Origin: Selaginella moellendorffii
Lineage: Eukaryota > Plantae > Lycopodiophyta
Reading direction: 5' to 3'
Assembly: GCF_000143415.4 (NCBI RefSeq)
Contig: NW_003314269.1
Location: 1,619,544-1,683,543, forward strand
Length of the DNA stretch: 64,000 nt
Under the pieces are notes generated by a model, which was given only the letters and a program-made list of their open reading frames with translations, was not told the DNA's origin and did no database searches. Made by a program: the position numbers and the translations under genes. How positions within the stretch are numbered: position 1 is the stretch's first letter; every line of letters begins with the position of its first letter. Shown here piece after piece: positions 1 through 10,249 of the stretch.

Positions 1-2976
1 GTAGCTCGCGAGCAGGCGGATAGGGGATATATGGGAGTCGCTAAGATGGAAACTGCTCCCGGTATATCGGCACCGTCACCTTTACTTTCTTCTCCTCTTC
101 CTTCGTCTCCTGTTGTAGCTCCTGTAGCTCAGACCCTCACCCCTGCCGCTACAGGAATCCCGTCTCCAGCGCCTCTTGCAGGGTATGTTCATTTGGTGGT
201 TTGTATCCGTTAAAACTCACTGATGTTCTGTAGGTCTGGCGCTGACGCTGCTGAGTCTACCGAGGAGACACAACAGACACAACAGGATCTGGAGGTAGGC
301 AGTAAATGCGGTTTCTTATGTATTCTGAGGTTTGAGTATCCTCAGGAAGCAAAAAAATCGTTACCATCGATTGGTAAGATCAATATTGCTCCAGTTTCAG
401 AGGGAAAGTCATTTTCCACGGAGGAGCCTTTGATTTCTTATGCGACAAAAAATGTACGCTCTGCTGATTGCAAGCTTGCTTCTAACTTCATATTCAGGAG
501 GCAAAAAGCGCCTTTAAAGAACTTTTGGAAGCCATGCACGTTCAATCCGATTGGACCTGGGATCAGGTTTGATAACTTTTCCTTCGTCGCTAACATGAAA
601 TTTAACATTTACTATATTTCAGGCTATGCGCGTAATTATAAATGACAAACGGTATGGTGCCTTGAAATCTTTAGGTGAACGCAAGCAAGCTTTCAACGAG
701 GTAACCTTAAATTTTTGTAGATTGTATCAAACTGTTTTATTCTGCCATCTCGTAGTATCTTGCGCAAAGAAAAAAGTTGGATCTTGAAGAAAAGCGTTTA
801 AAACAAAAGAAAGCACGTGAAGATTTTATAAAGATGTTGGAAGTAAGTTTTGTTGCTCTGGTATCTGTCAGCTTACATGTTTTGCCTCGGCAACAATTTG
901 TGTCTGCTTTAGGAATCCAAGGAGTTGACATCAGCCATGCGTTGGAGGTCAGGAGATTTAATTGGTTGCTTTGTTTTACATAACGTTTTATTTCTACAGC
1001 AAGGTCGTATCTCTTTTTGAAAGTGACCCACGTTTTCATGCCGTGGATAAAGAGCGAGAGCGTGAAGATCTTTTTGACGACTATTTGCTGGACCTGGAGC
1101 GCAAAGTAAATTATCATTGAGTTTTCTTTCGTTTTTTATTTGACATTTGCATTTCAGGAGCGAGACAAGGCTCGGGAGGAGAAAAAGAAAAGTCGCGCGG
1201 ACTTCAGAAGTTACCTCGAGTCCTGTGATTTTATTAAGGTATTTGTAGTGGTGCTTTAATCCTCTTACTCACTGTATGTATAGGTAAATTCCCATTGGAG
1301 GAAAATTCAGGATAAACTCGATGACGACGAGCGCTGGAGCCGATTAGATAAAATGGACCGCTTAGAAGTCTTTCAGGTTCTCGCTACATTTTTTTAAGTG
1401 CAAACTAACACGAACTTGTGAATTTTGAAGGAATATATTCGTGATTTGGAAAAGGAAGAGGAAGAAGAAAAGAAAATGCAAAAGGTTGGGATAGAGATTA
1501 TTTTCTTTAGCTTCTAATAATAATGTTGGCTTTTCCGCAGGAACAAATACGCCGGAAAGAGCGTAAGAATCGGGACGAGTTTAGAAGTCTCTTGGAATTT
1601 CACAAAGCAGCAGGAATATTGGTTGCAAGGTGCCCATGGCGAGACTACTTAGCTAAGGTAAAAAAAATTTGCGTCAGTTTAACATTTGACGATTTCTTCG
1701 CAGATCAAAGAGCATCCTGCTTATCAGGCAATATGTACGAATCTGTCGGGTTCGACACCGAAGGAACTTTTTATGGATGTCCTGGAGGAGCTTGACAAGC
1801 TGGTTAGTCAGAATGTCCATCTTAGTTTGTAATGAAACGTTTTCTTTTGAACAGTATCTCGAAGACAAGGCCAAGATCAAAGACATCATGAAGGTCGGAA
1901 AGGTAGCACGGTTCTTTTTATAGTAATTTGTATTTATCAATTATCATCTGTAGATTACGGTGGTACCGACAACCACTTACGACGATTTCAAGGCTGCACT
2001 AGCCGAGGCAGGTGACTTGACGGCGATATCTGAACTGCATATAAAGGTGAGTAACTTTCCAGTCTTTCTCTCTTCTTTTCTGACACAAACACGCAAAACA
2101 GCTAGCTTTTGAAGACGCTCTCGAACGACTAAAGGAGAAAGAAGAAAAGGAGGCTAAGAAACGGCGACGCTTAGCTGAGGAGTTCTCTACTCTACTCCGA
2201 TCAAACAAGGTTTCCGGTGATAGATTGGCTGGGAAAGTTAATGAAATTTTCTTGCAGACAATAACGGCTACATCTAACTGGGAAGAGTCCAAACCGTTGC
2301 TACAGGAGACGGTGGAGTTTAGGTACGTGTAGAATCTTCTCAAATAATTTACCGGTTTCGAGTTATACTGCAGGGCTATTGATGACGAGGTGGTGCTGAG
2401 AAAGCTTTTCGATGAGCACGTAGCTCATTTGCAACAGAAACTCAAGGAAAAAGATCGCAAGCGAGAGAAGGAGGAAAAGGTATGTGCATAAGGTATCCTT
2501 GGTAATGCTGGACTCACTTGCCCTCGTTCCAGAAGGACAAAGATAAAGACAGTAAAGACGACAAAGATAAGGAGCGGAAGAAAGACAAGAGCAGCAAGAA
2601 GGATCGTAACGAGGATGGTGAACCAGCGCTCAGTAAAGAAGAAAAGAAGAAGGACAAGGACAGGGACCGTGACAAAGAAAAGAGGCACAGAAGGCGTCAC
2701 AGGAGCGCAAGCAGCGACGATGGATCCGACAGAGATGACAGGGACGAGGCTAGGAAATCCCGGAAGCATGGACACGAGCACAGACGATCTTCAAGGAGGG
2801 TAAGCGTCGGTTATTTTCCAGGAACTTTCAGTCTCTAATTTTCGCTTCTTCCCCAGCATGGCCACGACTCTGATTCTGATACCGAGGCCAAGCCGAAACG
2901 GCAAAAGCGGGAGCGGCGGAGCACCGAGGAACTGGAGGACGGGGAGGTCGGCGAAGACGGCGAGATACGCAGCTAG
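1..2976 (+). CDS. PRP40: Pre-mRNA processing protein 40 (FF-domain U1 snRNP protein), 3' part, many short introns
   Basis: Exons separated by ~50-bp GT-AG introns encode FF-repeat pieces ([14 protein letters not shown]; [19 protein letters not shown]; [22 protein letters not shown]) and a K/R/D-rich tail ending [16 protein letters not shown]; stop TAG at 2974-2976. The 5' end is outside the window. Confidence 0.9.
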
Positions 2977-3340
2977 GATACCATGTTTGTTAACTCCTCC
3001 CTTTCTCGCTTGTCCATCTTTCTAGCTCTCTCCACCTCGCTAGTCCGGTGGCGTGATTGTTTGGAGAACTCTTTAACTCACGTTCTTAGTTTCTAGATCT
3101 TGGGCTTGCATTCGTGGTCTTGCCTGTTTGTCGATAGGCTTCGTGGTTCTGGATTCTGGTACTGAGACGTTTGTTTTGGTGTCTTCGTTTCTCCAAGCTT
3201 GGATGGGAGCTTACAAAGCAGCTGCTAGAACGAGGTATAGAACACAAAAGCTATGGAAGTTCTTTATCTTGGCGCTAACCAAACGTTTTTGCGTGTGTAG
3301 TCCCGGGAGTGGAAAGTTTTAAAGTTCGTGTAGTCATGGA

Positions 3341-5416
3341 ATGGCAACTCATGGAGATCAAGCCAAGACGGTCGCGCTCCAAGACTTCGCCGAGCGAGAT
3401 GAGCGGCAGAGAGCTCTGGCAGTGTCGATCCGCGGCTGCGGCGATCTCGCGGATGCGCGGCTCCTCCACTCCCGCGTCCAGGCAACTCACTTCCGCCACG
3501 ACAGGTACCTCTCCAATCTCTTCATCGAAGTCTATGGCAAGATTGGCAGTGTCGTGGACGCGAGACGAACTTTCGACTCCATCTCTCAGCCCAATGTATT
3601 CTCCTGGAACATGATCATCGGAGCTTACGCTAGAAATGGGTTTCTGAAAGAAGCGAGGCAGGCCTTTGATGCAATGCCCCAGGCATATTCCATCGTCGCG
3701 TCCACAGCCATGGTGGCGGCATATGCCCAGACTGGGCATCTGGACGAGGCTAAGGGAATCTTTGACAAGATGCCAACCAAGACCGTGGTGACGTGGAATG
3801 CCATGGTTGCGGCATTTGCGCAGAACGGTAGGATTGTCGAGGCACGTCAGCTGTTTGATTCGATGGACGAGCGCGATGTGGCCTCGTGGAACAACATGAT
3901 AGCAGCATATTCTTTGGCTGGGAATCTCCGGGTGAGTAAGCGCATGTTTGATTCCATGCCCGAGCGCAATGCCACGTCGTGGAATGCCATGATGTCGGCA
4001 TATTCTCGGGAAGGGGATCTGGAATCGACACACCGGATCTTTAACGAGATGCCAGAGCCCAACGTAGTGTCGTGGACAACGCTTGTCACGGCATATACCC
4101 AGAGAGGGGATACCGCCAACGCGAGGGGAACCTTTGACAAGATGCCCCAGAGAGATACCGTGACGTGGACGGCTATGATTCTCTCCCATGCGGAGAAGAG
4201 GGAAATCGGTGAGGCCAAGAGATTGTTTGACAAAATGCCCGAGTGGAGCAAGATCGTGTGGAACACGATGATGTGGGGATTCGCCCACAATGGGCTTCTG
4301 GACGATGCAAAGAAGCTCTTCGATTCGATGCCAGTTCGCGACGCGGCGTCCTGGACGATCGTGATCGCGGCGCTGAGTCGTGTTGGGCGATTGGCGGAGG
4401 CGAGGGCGCTGCTGGATCGGATGCCCAATCGCCTGCCCATGGCGTGGAATGCTGTGCTTGCGGGATACGTCGACTATGGCGAGCTGCGGGAGGCGAGAGC
4501 GCTGTTTGAGACGATGGGCGAGGCGGAGAAGGGCGTCGTGACATGGACCATCATGCTTACCGCATTTGCCCAAGGAGGGGATTTGGAGTACGCGCGCGTA
4601 GTTTTCGATTCCATGCGAGAGAAGGATCTGGTGGCATGGAACGCGATGATCGCTGCGTATGCGAGGTTCTCGAGAGTGAATGAAGCGGAGGATTTGTTTT
4701 TGAAAATGCCAAGGAGGGATCTTGTCTCGTGGACGGCAATGGCCTCAGCATTTGCCCATGCGGGGCAAATTTACTCCGCGTTGAGATTCATCCACGAGCT
4801 CATGCCGGAGAGGGACGCCATCACCTGGTGTTCGATCATCGCCTGCTGCTCGCAGAACGGGATGGTCGATCGCGCGAGGAGGATTTTCGACGCGCTGCAG
4901 CTTGGAGCGGAGGAGCTGCCCCTGTGGAACGCGATCATCAGCGCGTGCGCGCTCAATGGCTGCTACCGCGACGCACTCGAGCTCGTCTGCTCGATGCAAA
5001 TGGACGGGGTGGAAGCGGAGGAGATGACGATGGTGAGCGTGCTCATGGCATGCAGCCATGCCGGCTGGATCAAAGCCGGCAGGGGTTACTTCCTGTCGAT
5101 GATCGCCGACAGGGGCTTGTCGGCCAACCTGGAGCACTACTGCATTGTGGTGGACATGCTTGCTCGCGGGGGACAGCTGAAACGCGCGGAGCAGCTCCTG
5201 GAGACGATGCCGTTTGAGCCGACTCGCGTCGCGTGGACGGCGTTCTTGGGCGCTTGCAAGAACCATCGAATGCGATTGCGTGGAAGCACTGGAGGTGAGA
5301 TGATCGATCCAAAGCTTTTCTGGGCGGACGGGTCGTCGCCATCGTCAGCGTCTGCGCGAGTTAGTTCGTCCGGGACTCTGGTTCTGCTGTCCGAACTGCG
5401 CAAGCCGGGACGATAA
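3341..5416 (+). CDS. PLS-class pentatricopeptide repeat protein, intronless, no DYW domain
   Basis: 691-aa ORF of tandem ~31-aa repeats (FDxMPxRxxxSWxxM) followed by HYCIVVDMLARGG and an E1-like motif (AWTAFLGAC). Confidence 0.92.
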   Translation: MATHGDQAKTVALQDFAERDERQRALAVSIRGCGDLADARLLHSRVQATHFRHDRYLSNLFIEVYGKIGSVVDARRTFDSISQPNVFSWNMIIGAYARNGFLKEARQAFDAMPQAYSIVASTAMVAAYAQTGHLDEAKGIFDKMPTKTVVTWNAMVAAFAQNGRIVEARQLFDSMDERDVASWNNMIAAYSLAGNLRVSKRMFDSMPERNATSWNAMMSAYSREGDLESTHRIFNEMPEPNVVSWTTLVTAYTQRGDTANARGTFDKMPQRDTVTWTAMILSHAEKREIGEAKRLFDKMPEWSKIVWNTMMWGFAHNGLLDDAKKLFDSMPVRDAASWTIVIAALSRVGRLAEARALLDRMPNRLPMAWNAVLAGYVDYGELREARALFETMGEAEKGVVTWTIMLTAFAQGGDLEYARVVFDSMREKDLVAWNAMIAAYARFSRVNEAEDLFLKMPRRDLVSWTAMASAFAHAGQIYSALRFIHELMPERDAITWCSIIACCSQNGMVDRARRIFDALQLGAEELPLWNAIISACALNGCYRDALELVCSMQMDGVEAEEMTMVSVLMACSHAGWIKAGRGYFLSMIADRGLSANLEHYCIVVDMLARGGQLKRAEQLLETMPFEPTRVAWTAFLGACKNHRMRLRGSTGGEMIDPKLFWADGSSPSSASARVSSSGTLVLLSELRKPGR

Positions 5417-5728
5417 GTTATCCACAGATCAGATAGAACTGAACAATCACTTTTTGGAAGCTCTGACTCGTGGGTCCAATCGCTTGTACAAACAATAGTA
5501 GATCTCTTCCTATCCGATACAGAGCTCTTGGATCAAATGGTCTCGATCCTCTTGTCCCGCATTGCTTCAAACCACTGGATGGGATATCAAACAAAACAGA
5601 GGTTTTTTTTTCCTTTTTATCCATTTTGTACAGATCAAACCATATAGGCTGGAAATGCAAAACACCCACGAGCAAGAAGCAATAGTAGCAATTCTTGTGC
5701 TCACGGGACTAAAGATCACAAACAATCT

Positions 5729-6049
5729 CTAGTCCGAATCGCTGCTGCTGCTGCTGCTGCCCTTGTCCTCGCCTTCCTTGCGCTCCTTGCGGTCCTTCTT
5801 CTTCTTCTTGATTTTCTCCATGAACCCTTCGTGCTTCTTCTCCTCCCCGGCCTTGTGCTCCTCGTCCTTCTTGTACCCCGCGGCCGCTGGAGGAGGCACC
5901 GCCCCGGATCCGGAGCAAGGAACCCCCGCCGGATGGTCGTGGCCTTTGTGCTCGCCGGTGGCGTGGGCCTTGTCCTCCTTCTTGTGCTCCTCCTCCTTCT
6001 TGTGCCCGCCAATGTGGAGCGTCTCGCTGATCTTCTCCATCATCGACAT
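5729..6049 (-). CDS. KS-type dehydrin
   Basis: N-terminus MSMMEKISETLHIGGHKKEEEHK, K-segment-like EKKHEGFMEKIK, a poly-K stretch and C-terminal SSSSSSDSD are typical of KS dehydrins. Confidence 0.88.
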   Translation of the reverse strand: MSMMEKISETLHIGGHKKEEEHKKEDKAHATGEHKGHDHPAGVPCSGSGAVPPPAAAGYKKDEEHKAGEEKKHEGFMEKIKKKKKDRKERKEGEDKGSSSSSSDSD

Positions 6050-6180
6050 TGTGAAACAAAAACTAGAGAGCAAAAACTATGAAGCAAAGATTACTAAGAA
6101 CTTTCTCAACCCAACGGACTTTGATCCACACCAATGAGAACTCCTGGACTTGATACTCCTCCAATGGCCGGGTCGCGAGA

Positions 6181-6262
6181 CTATATAGGAGCCGAGAGCC
6201 AACGACATGGCGACGCGTGGGCGAATGGAATGCCCACACGCGGAGGACTCCACCGCGTCCGG
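6181..6262 (-). promoter_or_regulatory. Putative dehydrin promoter: TATA box plus CGCG/CE3-like elements
   Basis: CTATATAG at 6181-6188, about 130 bp upstream of the ATG; ACGCGTGG at 6213-6220; further ACGCGG and CCGCGT boxes to ~6260. Motif match only. Confidence 0.4.
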
Positions 6263-6458
6263 TGCGTGTATGGGCCCACTGTGATTGATATAGAACGATA
6301 CATGTTCGTACCTATAATAGTATTATTTCTCCGAAGGAGGAATCCATCACATCACCGACACATGATCTACACAACTGAACGCTTTATCAAAGTTTCTTCA
6401 TGGGTAAAAAAATCTTCGCTTTAATCGATTGTGTTCCCCACATTGGTTGGTCACAAAT

Positions 6459-8519
6459 TCACAAGGCAAAGTGTGGCTTTTTACTACTCTCAGCTGTTCT
6501 AGCAAAGATTCTTGCGCTTGATTCGTTTGCAAGCAGCACAAACGCGGCTGCGTTTCTTGGCTCCAGCTCCAACACCATCTTCGCCGCCGCTGCTGCTCGC
6601 TCGGGATCCCCGTGGCTCCGGGACGATCCCAGCAAGCTCATCCAGTCGAGGAGATCGGGCGAGTACGGCATTGAGCGGATGAGCTCCTCCGCTTGCTGCA
6701 AGTATCCCGAGCGGCCGAGAAGATCCACCAGGCAGCAGTAGTGCTGCTTGGTTGCGGCGATGCCGAAATCCATTGTCATCGAGCGGAAGCAGCCGCGACC
6801 ACCCTCCAGATCCCCCGTGTGGGTAAATGCGAGTAGGATGCTGGCGAAGCACGCGTCGTCTGGAGATATCGTGAGTTTCATGTAGTGGAAGAGCTGGATC
6901 AACTGGTGCGGCTGCTTGTTCTGTGCAAATCCACCCAACAACGCGGTCCATGACACGATGTCCCTCGCCGGGGATGATTGGAACAACTTTGTGGATTGCC
7001 GGGTCTGTCCGTTCAGCCCTCGCATGTACACCATCACGTTCCACGACACAATATCCCTTTCGACCATCTCCGCGACGAACATATGTGCAGCCCGAGCAAA
7101 ATAGCCGTTTAAGGCATATGCTGCGAGCATCGCGTTCCACGCGATAACATCCTTTTCCTTTATACTGCGAAACATTTGCTCTGCCTCCTCGACATGACCC
7201 AGCTTTGCATAAGCAACGAGAAGAGTGGTCCACGAGACTGTGTCCGGCATTGGCATTGAATCAAACAAAGCTTTTGCTTGTGACAAATGAAAAGAGTTGG
7301 CATACACCGCCAGCATGGAATTCCACGCGACGTTGTTCCATGCCGGCATTCTTTGGAAACAATCCCTTGCTTTATCGATATTCAACGTTTGACCGTAGCC
7401 TAAGAGCATGGCAGTCCATGTCACAATGTTGCTACCGCCAATTCTAGCAAACAATTCTCTTGCATGGTGCATATGCCCTGATGCGGCATACGCTGTAAGC
7501 ATGGTGTTCCAAGCCGGTAAATTCCATTCCGGCATTGAACATAGAACATTTCTTGCTTGCTCTAACCTAGAGTTTTCCGTATAGACAGATAACATCGTTG
7601 TCCAGGTTATCAAATTCCGCTCCGTCATCTCTTGAAAAGTCTGCTCGGCCTTGTACACATCCCCAACCTGGGCAAATCCTGACAGCATGGTGTTCCATGT
7701 GGCAATGTTTCGCTCCTCTAGTCTATGCAAAAACTCTCTTGCCTTAGAAATCAAACCATCGGAGGTGTAAGCAGCGAGCATTGTATTCCACGACACCACA
7801 TTCCACTCGGGCATCGATTGGAAAAACTTCTCGGCTTTGTGAACACCATGCGCCTGGGAATACGCAGAAAGCATCAAATTCCAAGAAAACATGTTCCACT
7901 CGGGCATTGACGAGAAAACAAAACACGCAAGCTTGCAGTCACGGTGTTGCACAGGCGCTGACAAAAGTGCCGTCCACGAAACTAGACTCCATTCTCGCAT
8001 GCTGTCAAAGATCTCAAACGCCACTTGCATATGCCCCGCACGGGCATATGCAGAAAGCAAAGAATTCCACGAGATGATGTTGCGTTCCGGCATCTGGAAG
8101 AAAATTCCCTGGACATCCGCAAGATTCCCAGCTTGAGAATATGCTGAGAGCATTGTGTTCCACTCCACGAGATTCGTCTCTCGCATTGCGTCGAATATCT
8201 CCCTGGCATGCTGGAGGTGCCCGTTCTGGGCATAGGCCGAGAGCATCAAGCTCCACGAGAAGACGTTTCGGTCGTTGGCGATGGAATCGAATACCTGGCG
8301 AGCATAGTCTGGCCTTCCAACCTTGCCATACGCTTGGATCATTAGATTCGCCGCATAAACATCGTCCAAGCAGCACGAAAGATCCCGCTGGATGCTAATG
8401 AGCTCCGCTAGATCTTTGCAATGTCTGATGTGCTCGATGCATCTCATAAATCCTCTCGCCTGTTGCCTCGATCGTTGCAAACACAAGAGCAAGGTGCTCA
8501 AAGACGCTGTAGAAGCCAC
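6459..8519 (-). CDS. PLS-class PPR protein with E-type C-terminus, no DYW domain
   Basis: Tandem MPEWNxxSWNxML repeats, HYCCLVDLLGRSG, and an E motif ending LEPRNAAAFVLLAN. The ORF opens at GTG 8519; the first ATG is at 8447. Confidence 0.92.
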   Translation of the reverse strand: MASTASLSTLLLCLQRSRQQARGFMRCIEHIRHCKDLAELISIQRDLSCCLDDVYAANLMIQAYGKVGRPDYARQVFDSIANDRNVFSWSLMLSAYAQNGHLQHAREIFDAMRETNLVEWNTMLSAYSQAGNLADVQGIFFQMPERNIISWNSLLSAYARAGHMQVAFEIFDSMREWSLVSWTALLSAPVQHRDCKLACFVFSSMPEWNMFSWNLMLSAYSQAHGVHKAEKFFQSMPEWNVVSWNTMLAAYTSDGLISKAREFLHRLEERNIATWNTMLSGFAQVGDVYKAEQTFQEMTERNLITWTTMLSVYTENSRLEQARNVLCSMPEWNLPAWNTMLTAYAASGHMHHARELFARIGGSNIVTWTAMLLGYGQTLNIDKARDCFQRMPAWNNVAWNSMLAVYANSFHLSQAKALFDSMPMPDTVSWTTLLVAYAKLGHVEEAEQMFRSIKEKDVIAWNAMLAAYALNGYFARAAHMFVAEMVERDIVSWNVMVYMRGLNGQTRQSTKLFQSSPARDIVSWTALLGGFAQNKQPHQLIQLFHYMKLTISPDDACFASILLAFTHTGDLEGGRGCFRSMTMDFGIAATKQHYCCLVDLLGRSGYLQQAEELIRSMPYSPDLLDWMSLLGSSRSHGDPERAAAAAKMVLELEPRNAAAFVLLANESSARIFARTAESSKKPHFAL

Positions 8520-9350
8520 ACAAGAAATTTATCGTGATTTAGAGTTTTTTAAGCAGACACTCGGAGGGACTGAGTTTTATGCGCCCAAAAATCTCCAAGA
8601 CTCTTAATGGCGCCATCGCCAATCTCTTGGTACGACTCACACTCGGATGCTACGAAAGCTTTTGGACTCGCTGATCATCTTGTGCAGAGAAGGCTGCTCA
8701 CTACTCACTACTTAATGTGTGGAAGCCAGAAATGTTGTAAGGTGTTGACGAAGGCAACACGGAGGCTCGGATTGGCGTGGTTGTCGCCGACTACGGGTGT
8801 CTTGCTTGCTCGTGCCCCAAGTTTGAGGTTTAACCAAAAGGCAGAGCTTGTCGTGGATCTTCTTCCAAGTCCTCCAACTCTGGCACATAGCCGCTGCAGG
8901 GTGATGCTCATCCCTCGATTCTTCGGGCCTTGCCCTGCTCGAAAGTTCAGGTTCTTGTCACCATTCCCGACTAGCTCATTGTTCAGTCCCAGAATGCTGG
9001 CTTCAGCGCAAACGTTCTCCCGGGGTCGGAGCTCAAAGGTCCATCTTTGGCTCATCTAGAAGCAACCAGAATCCGTTCTTGCATCGCAGAGAGTTTTGTT
9101 TCAAAATCAGCAGGGAAAATTACCATGCTCCCAGGAAGAACGAAAGGTTCTCGGGATTGTTTGGTTTTATGGCATTTTTTGATAGATTTAATTATTTCTT
9201 CCTTTTGCTTTATTTGTTTAAAATTTCCAAAACCTTTTGCGTGAGGGTTAAACTCTGCCGCGTGGCGTTTTGGACGGTCTAGATTAAGGGCCATGTCCAT
9301 CTTCCCTTTAAATTGGCATTTGCAAATCAGGGTAAAGGATTGAAGCAAAC

Positions 9351-9762
9351 GATGGCGAGTACTTTTGTGGAGATGCACGGCGGTATGCCCGTCACCAAGG
9401 AGCTGATAGTTGACAACGACGAGCTTATGGAGGCTTTGGCCGAGGCTGCCGAGGCACATAAGAAAAGAGAGCGTGAGGAGGAACACAAGGATGGGCAACC
9501 CCTCAAGAAGGTAAGGAGAGATGACATCCGAGAGGAACCCTGCAAGGATCAAGGGCAAAAGATGCCGAGTACTTTTGTGGAGATGCACGGCGGTATGCCC
9601 GTCATCAAGGAGCTGATAGTTGACAACGACGAGCTCATGGAGGCTTTGGCCGAAGCTGGCGAGGCAAGTAAGAAAAGAGAGCGCGAGGAGGAATGCAAAG
9701 ATGGCCAACCCCTCAAGAAGGTAAGGAGAAATGATGCCCGAGAGGAACCCTGCAAGGATCAA
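9351..9762 (+). repeat. 210-bp tandem duplication inside the orphan ORF
   Basis: GATG(G/C)CGAGTACTTTTGTGGAGATGCACGGCGGTATGCCC starts at both 9351 and 9561; both units end GAGGAACCCTGCAAGGATCAAG. Confidence 0.95.
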
Positions 9763-10185
9763 GACAAGTCGAGGGGTCCTATAATCGTGAGGATCAAGCT
9801 GCACAAGAAGGGATATGCAGTCAAAGAACCCTGCAAGGATCACTGCAAAGATCAAGTCGCGAGGATTGAGCTCCACAAAGAAAACAAGGAAAGCAGTAAG
9901 ACAGTGGTAAGGGCGATCAAGCCTTGCAACACAGCAAGAAAGGCGTCACAGCAGCGGAGGAGTCTTAAGGTGCTTGAGACGAGCGCTAGCATGAAAATCG
10001 AGTGTGAGCCAGTGAAGAAGGTGCTCAATGCTAGGTCCTTGAATGTACCATTGGGCGATGCTGTGAAGAGACGAGAGGAACGGGGCGTTCACTATCTTGA
10101 TTTTGGTGTTGGTGATGGGTGTGTTGCTCGTTTCACAGCTCCAAAGATCAAGTGGAACCCCATGCGCACCACCACTCGCACATGA
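9352..10185 (+). CDS. Orphan K/E-rich protein with a 70-aa tandem N-terminal repeat
   Basis: Intronless ORF from ATG 9352 with a charged composition and a codon-preserving 210-bp duplication. No family recognised. Confidence 0.6.
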   Translation: MASTFVEMHGGMPVTKELIVDNDELMEALAEAAEAHKKREREEEHKDGQPLKKVRRDDIREEPCKDQGQKMPSTFVEMHGGMPVIKELIVDNDELMEALAEAGEASKKREREEECKDGQPLKKVRRNDAREEPCKDQDKSRGPIIVRIKLHKKGYAVKEPCKDHCKDQVARIELHKENKESSKTVVRAIKPCNTARKASQQRRSLKVLETSASMKIECEPVKKVLNARSLNVPLGDAVKRREERGVHYLDFGVGDGCVARFTAPKIKWNPMRTTTRT

Positions 10186-10249
10186 TTTTCGTTAATGTTG
10201 CAAAATAATTATTATTATATGTCTTTCATACTTTAATAATTAACATTAT

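Noticed and set aside
3275-4573. 432-aa minus-strand ORF
   Set aside because: Antisense shadow of the GC-rich repetitive PPR gene; no independent motifs.
8607-9059. Overlapping 150-aa (+) and 115-aa (-) ORFs between the PPR and the orphan
   Set aside because: No recognisable motifs or splice structure; cannot support either as a gene.
9052-9876. 274-aa hydrophobic minus-strand ORF that looks like a membrane protein
   Set aside because: The hydrophobicity mirrors the K/E-rich codons on the plus strand.
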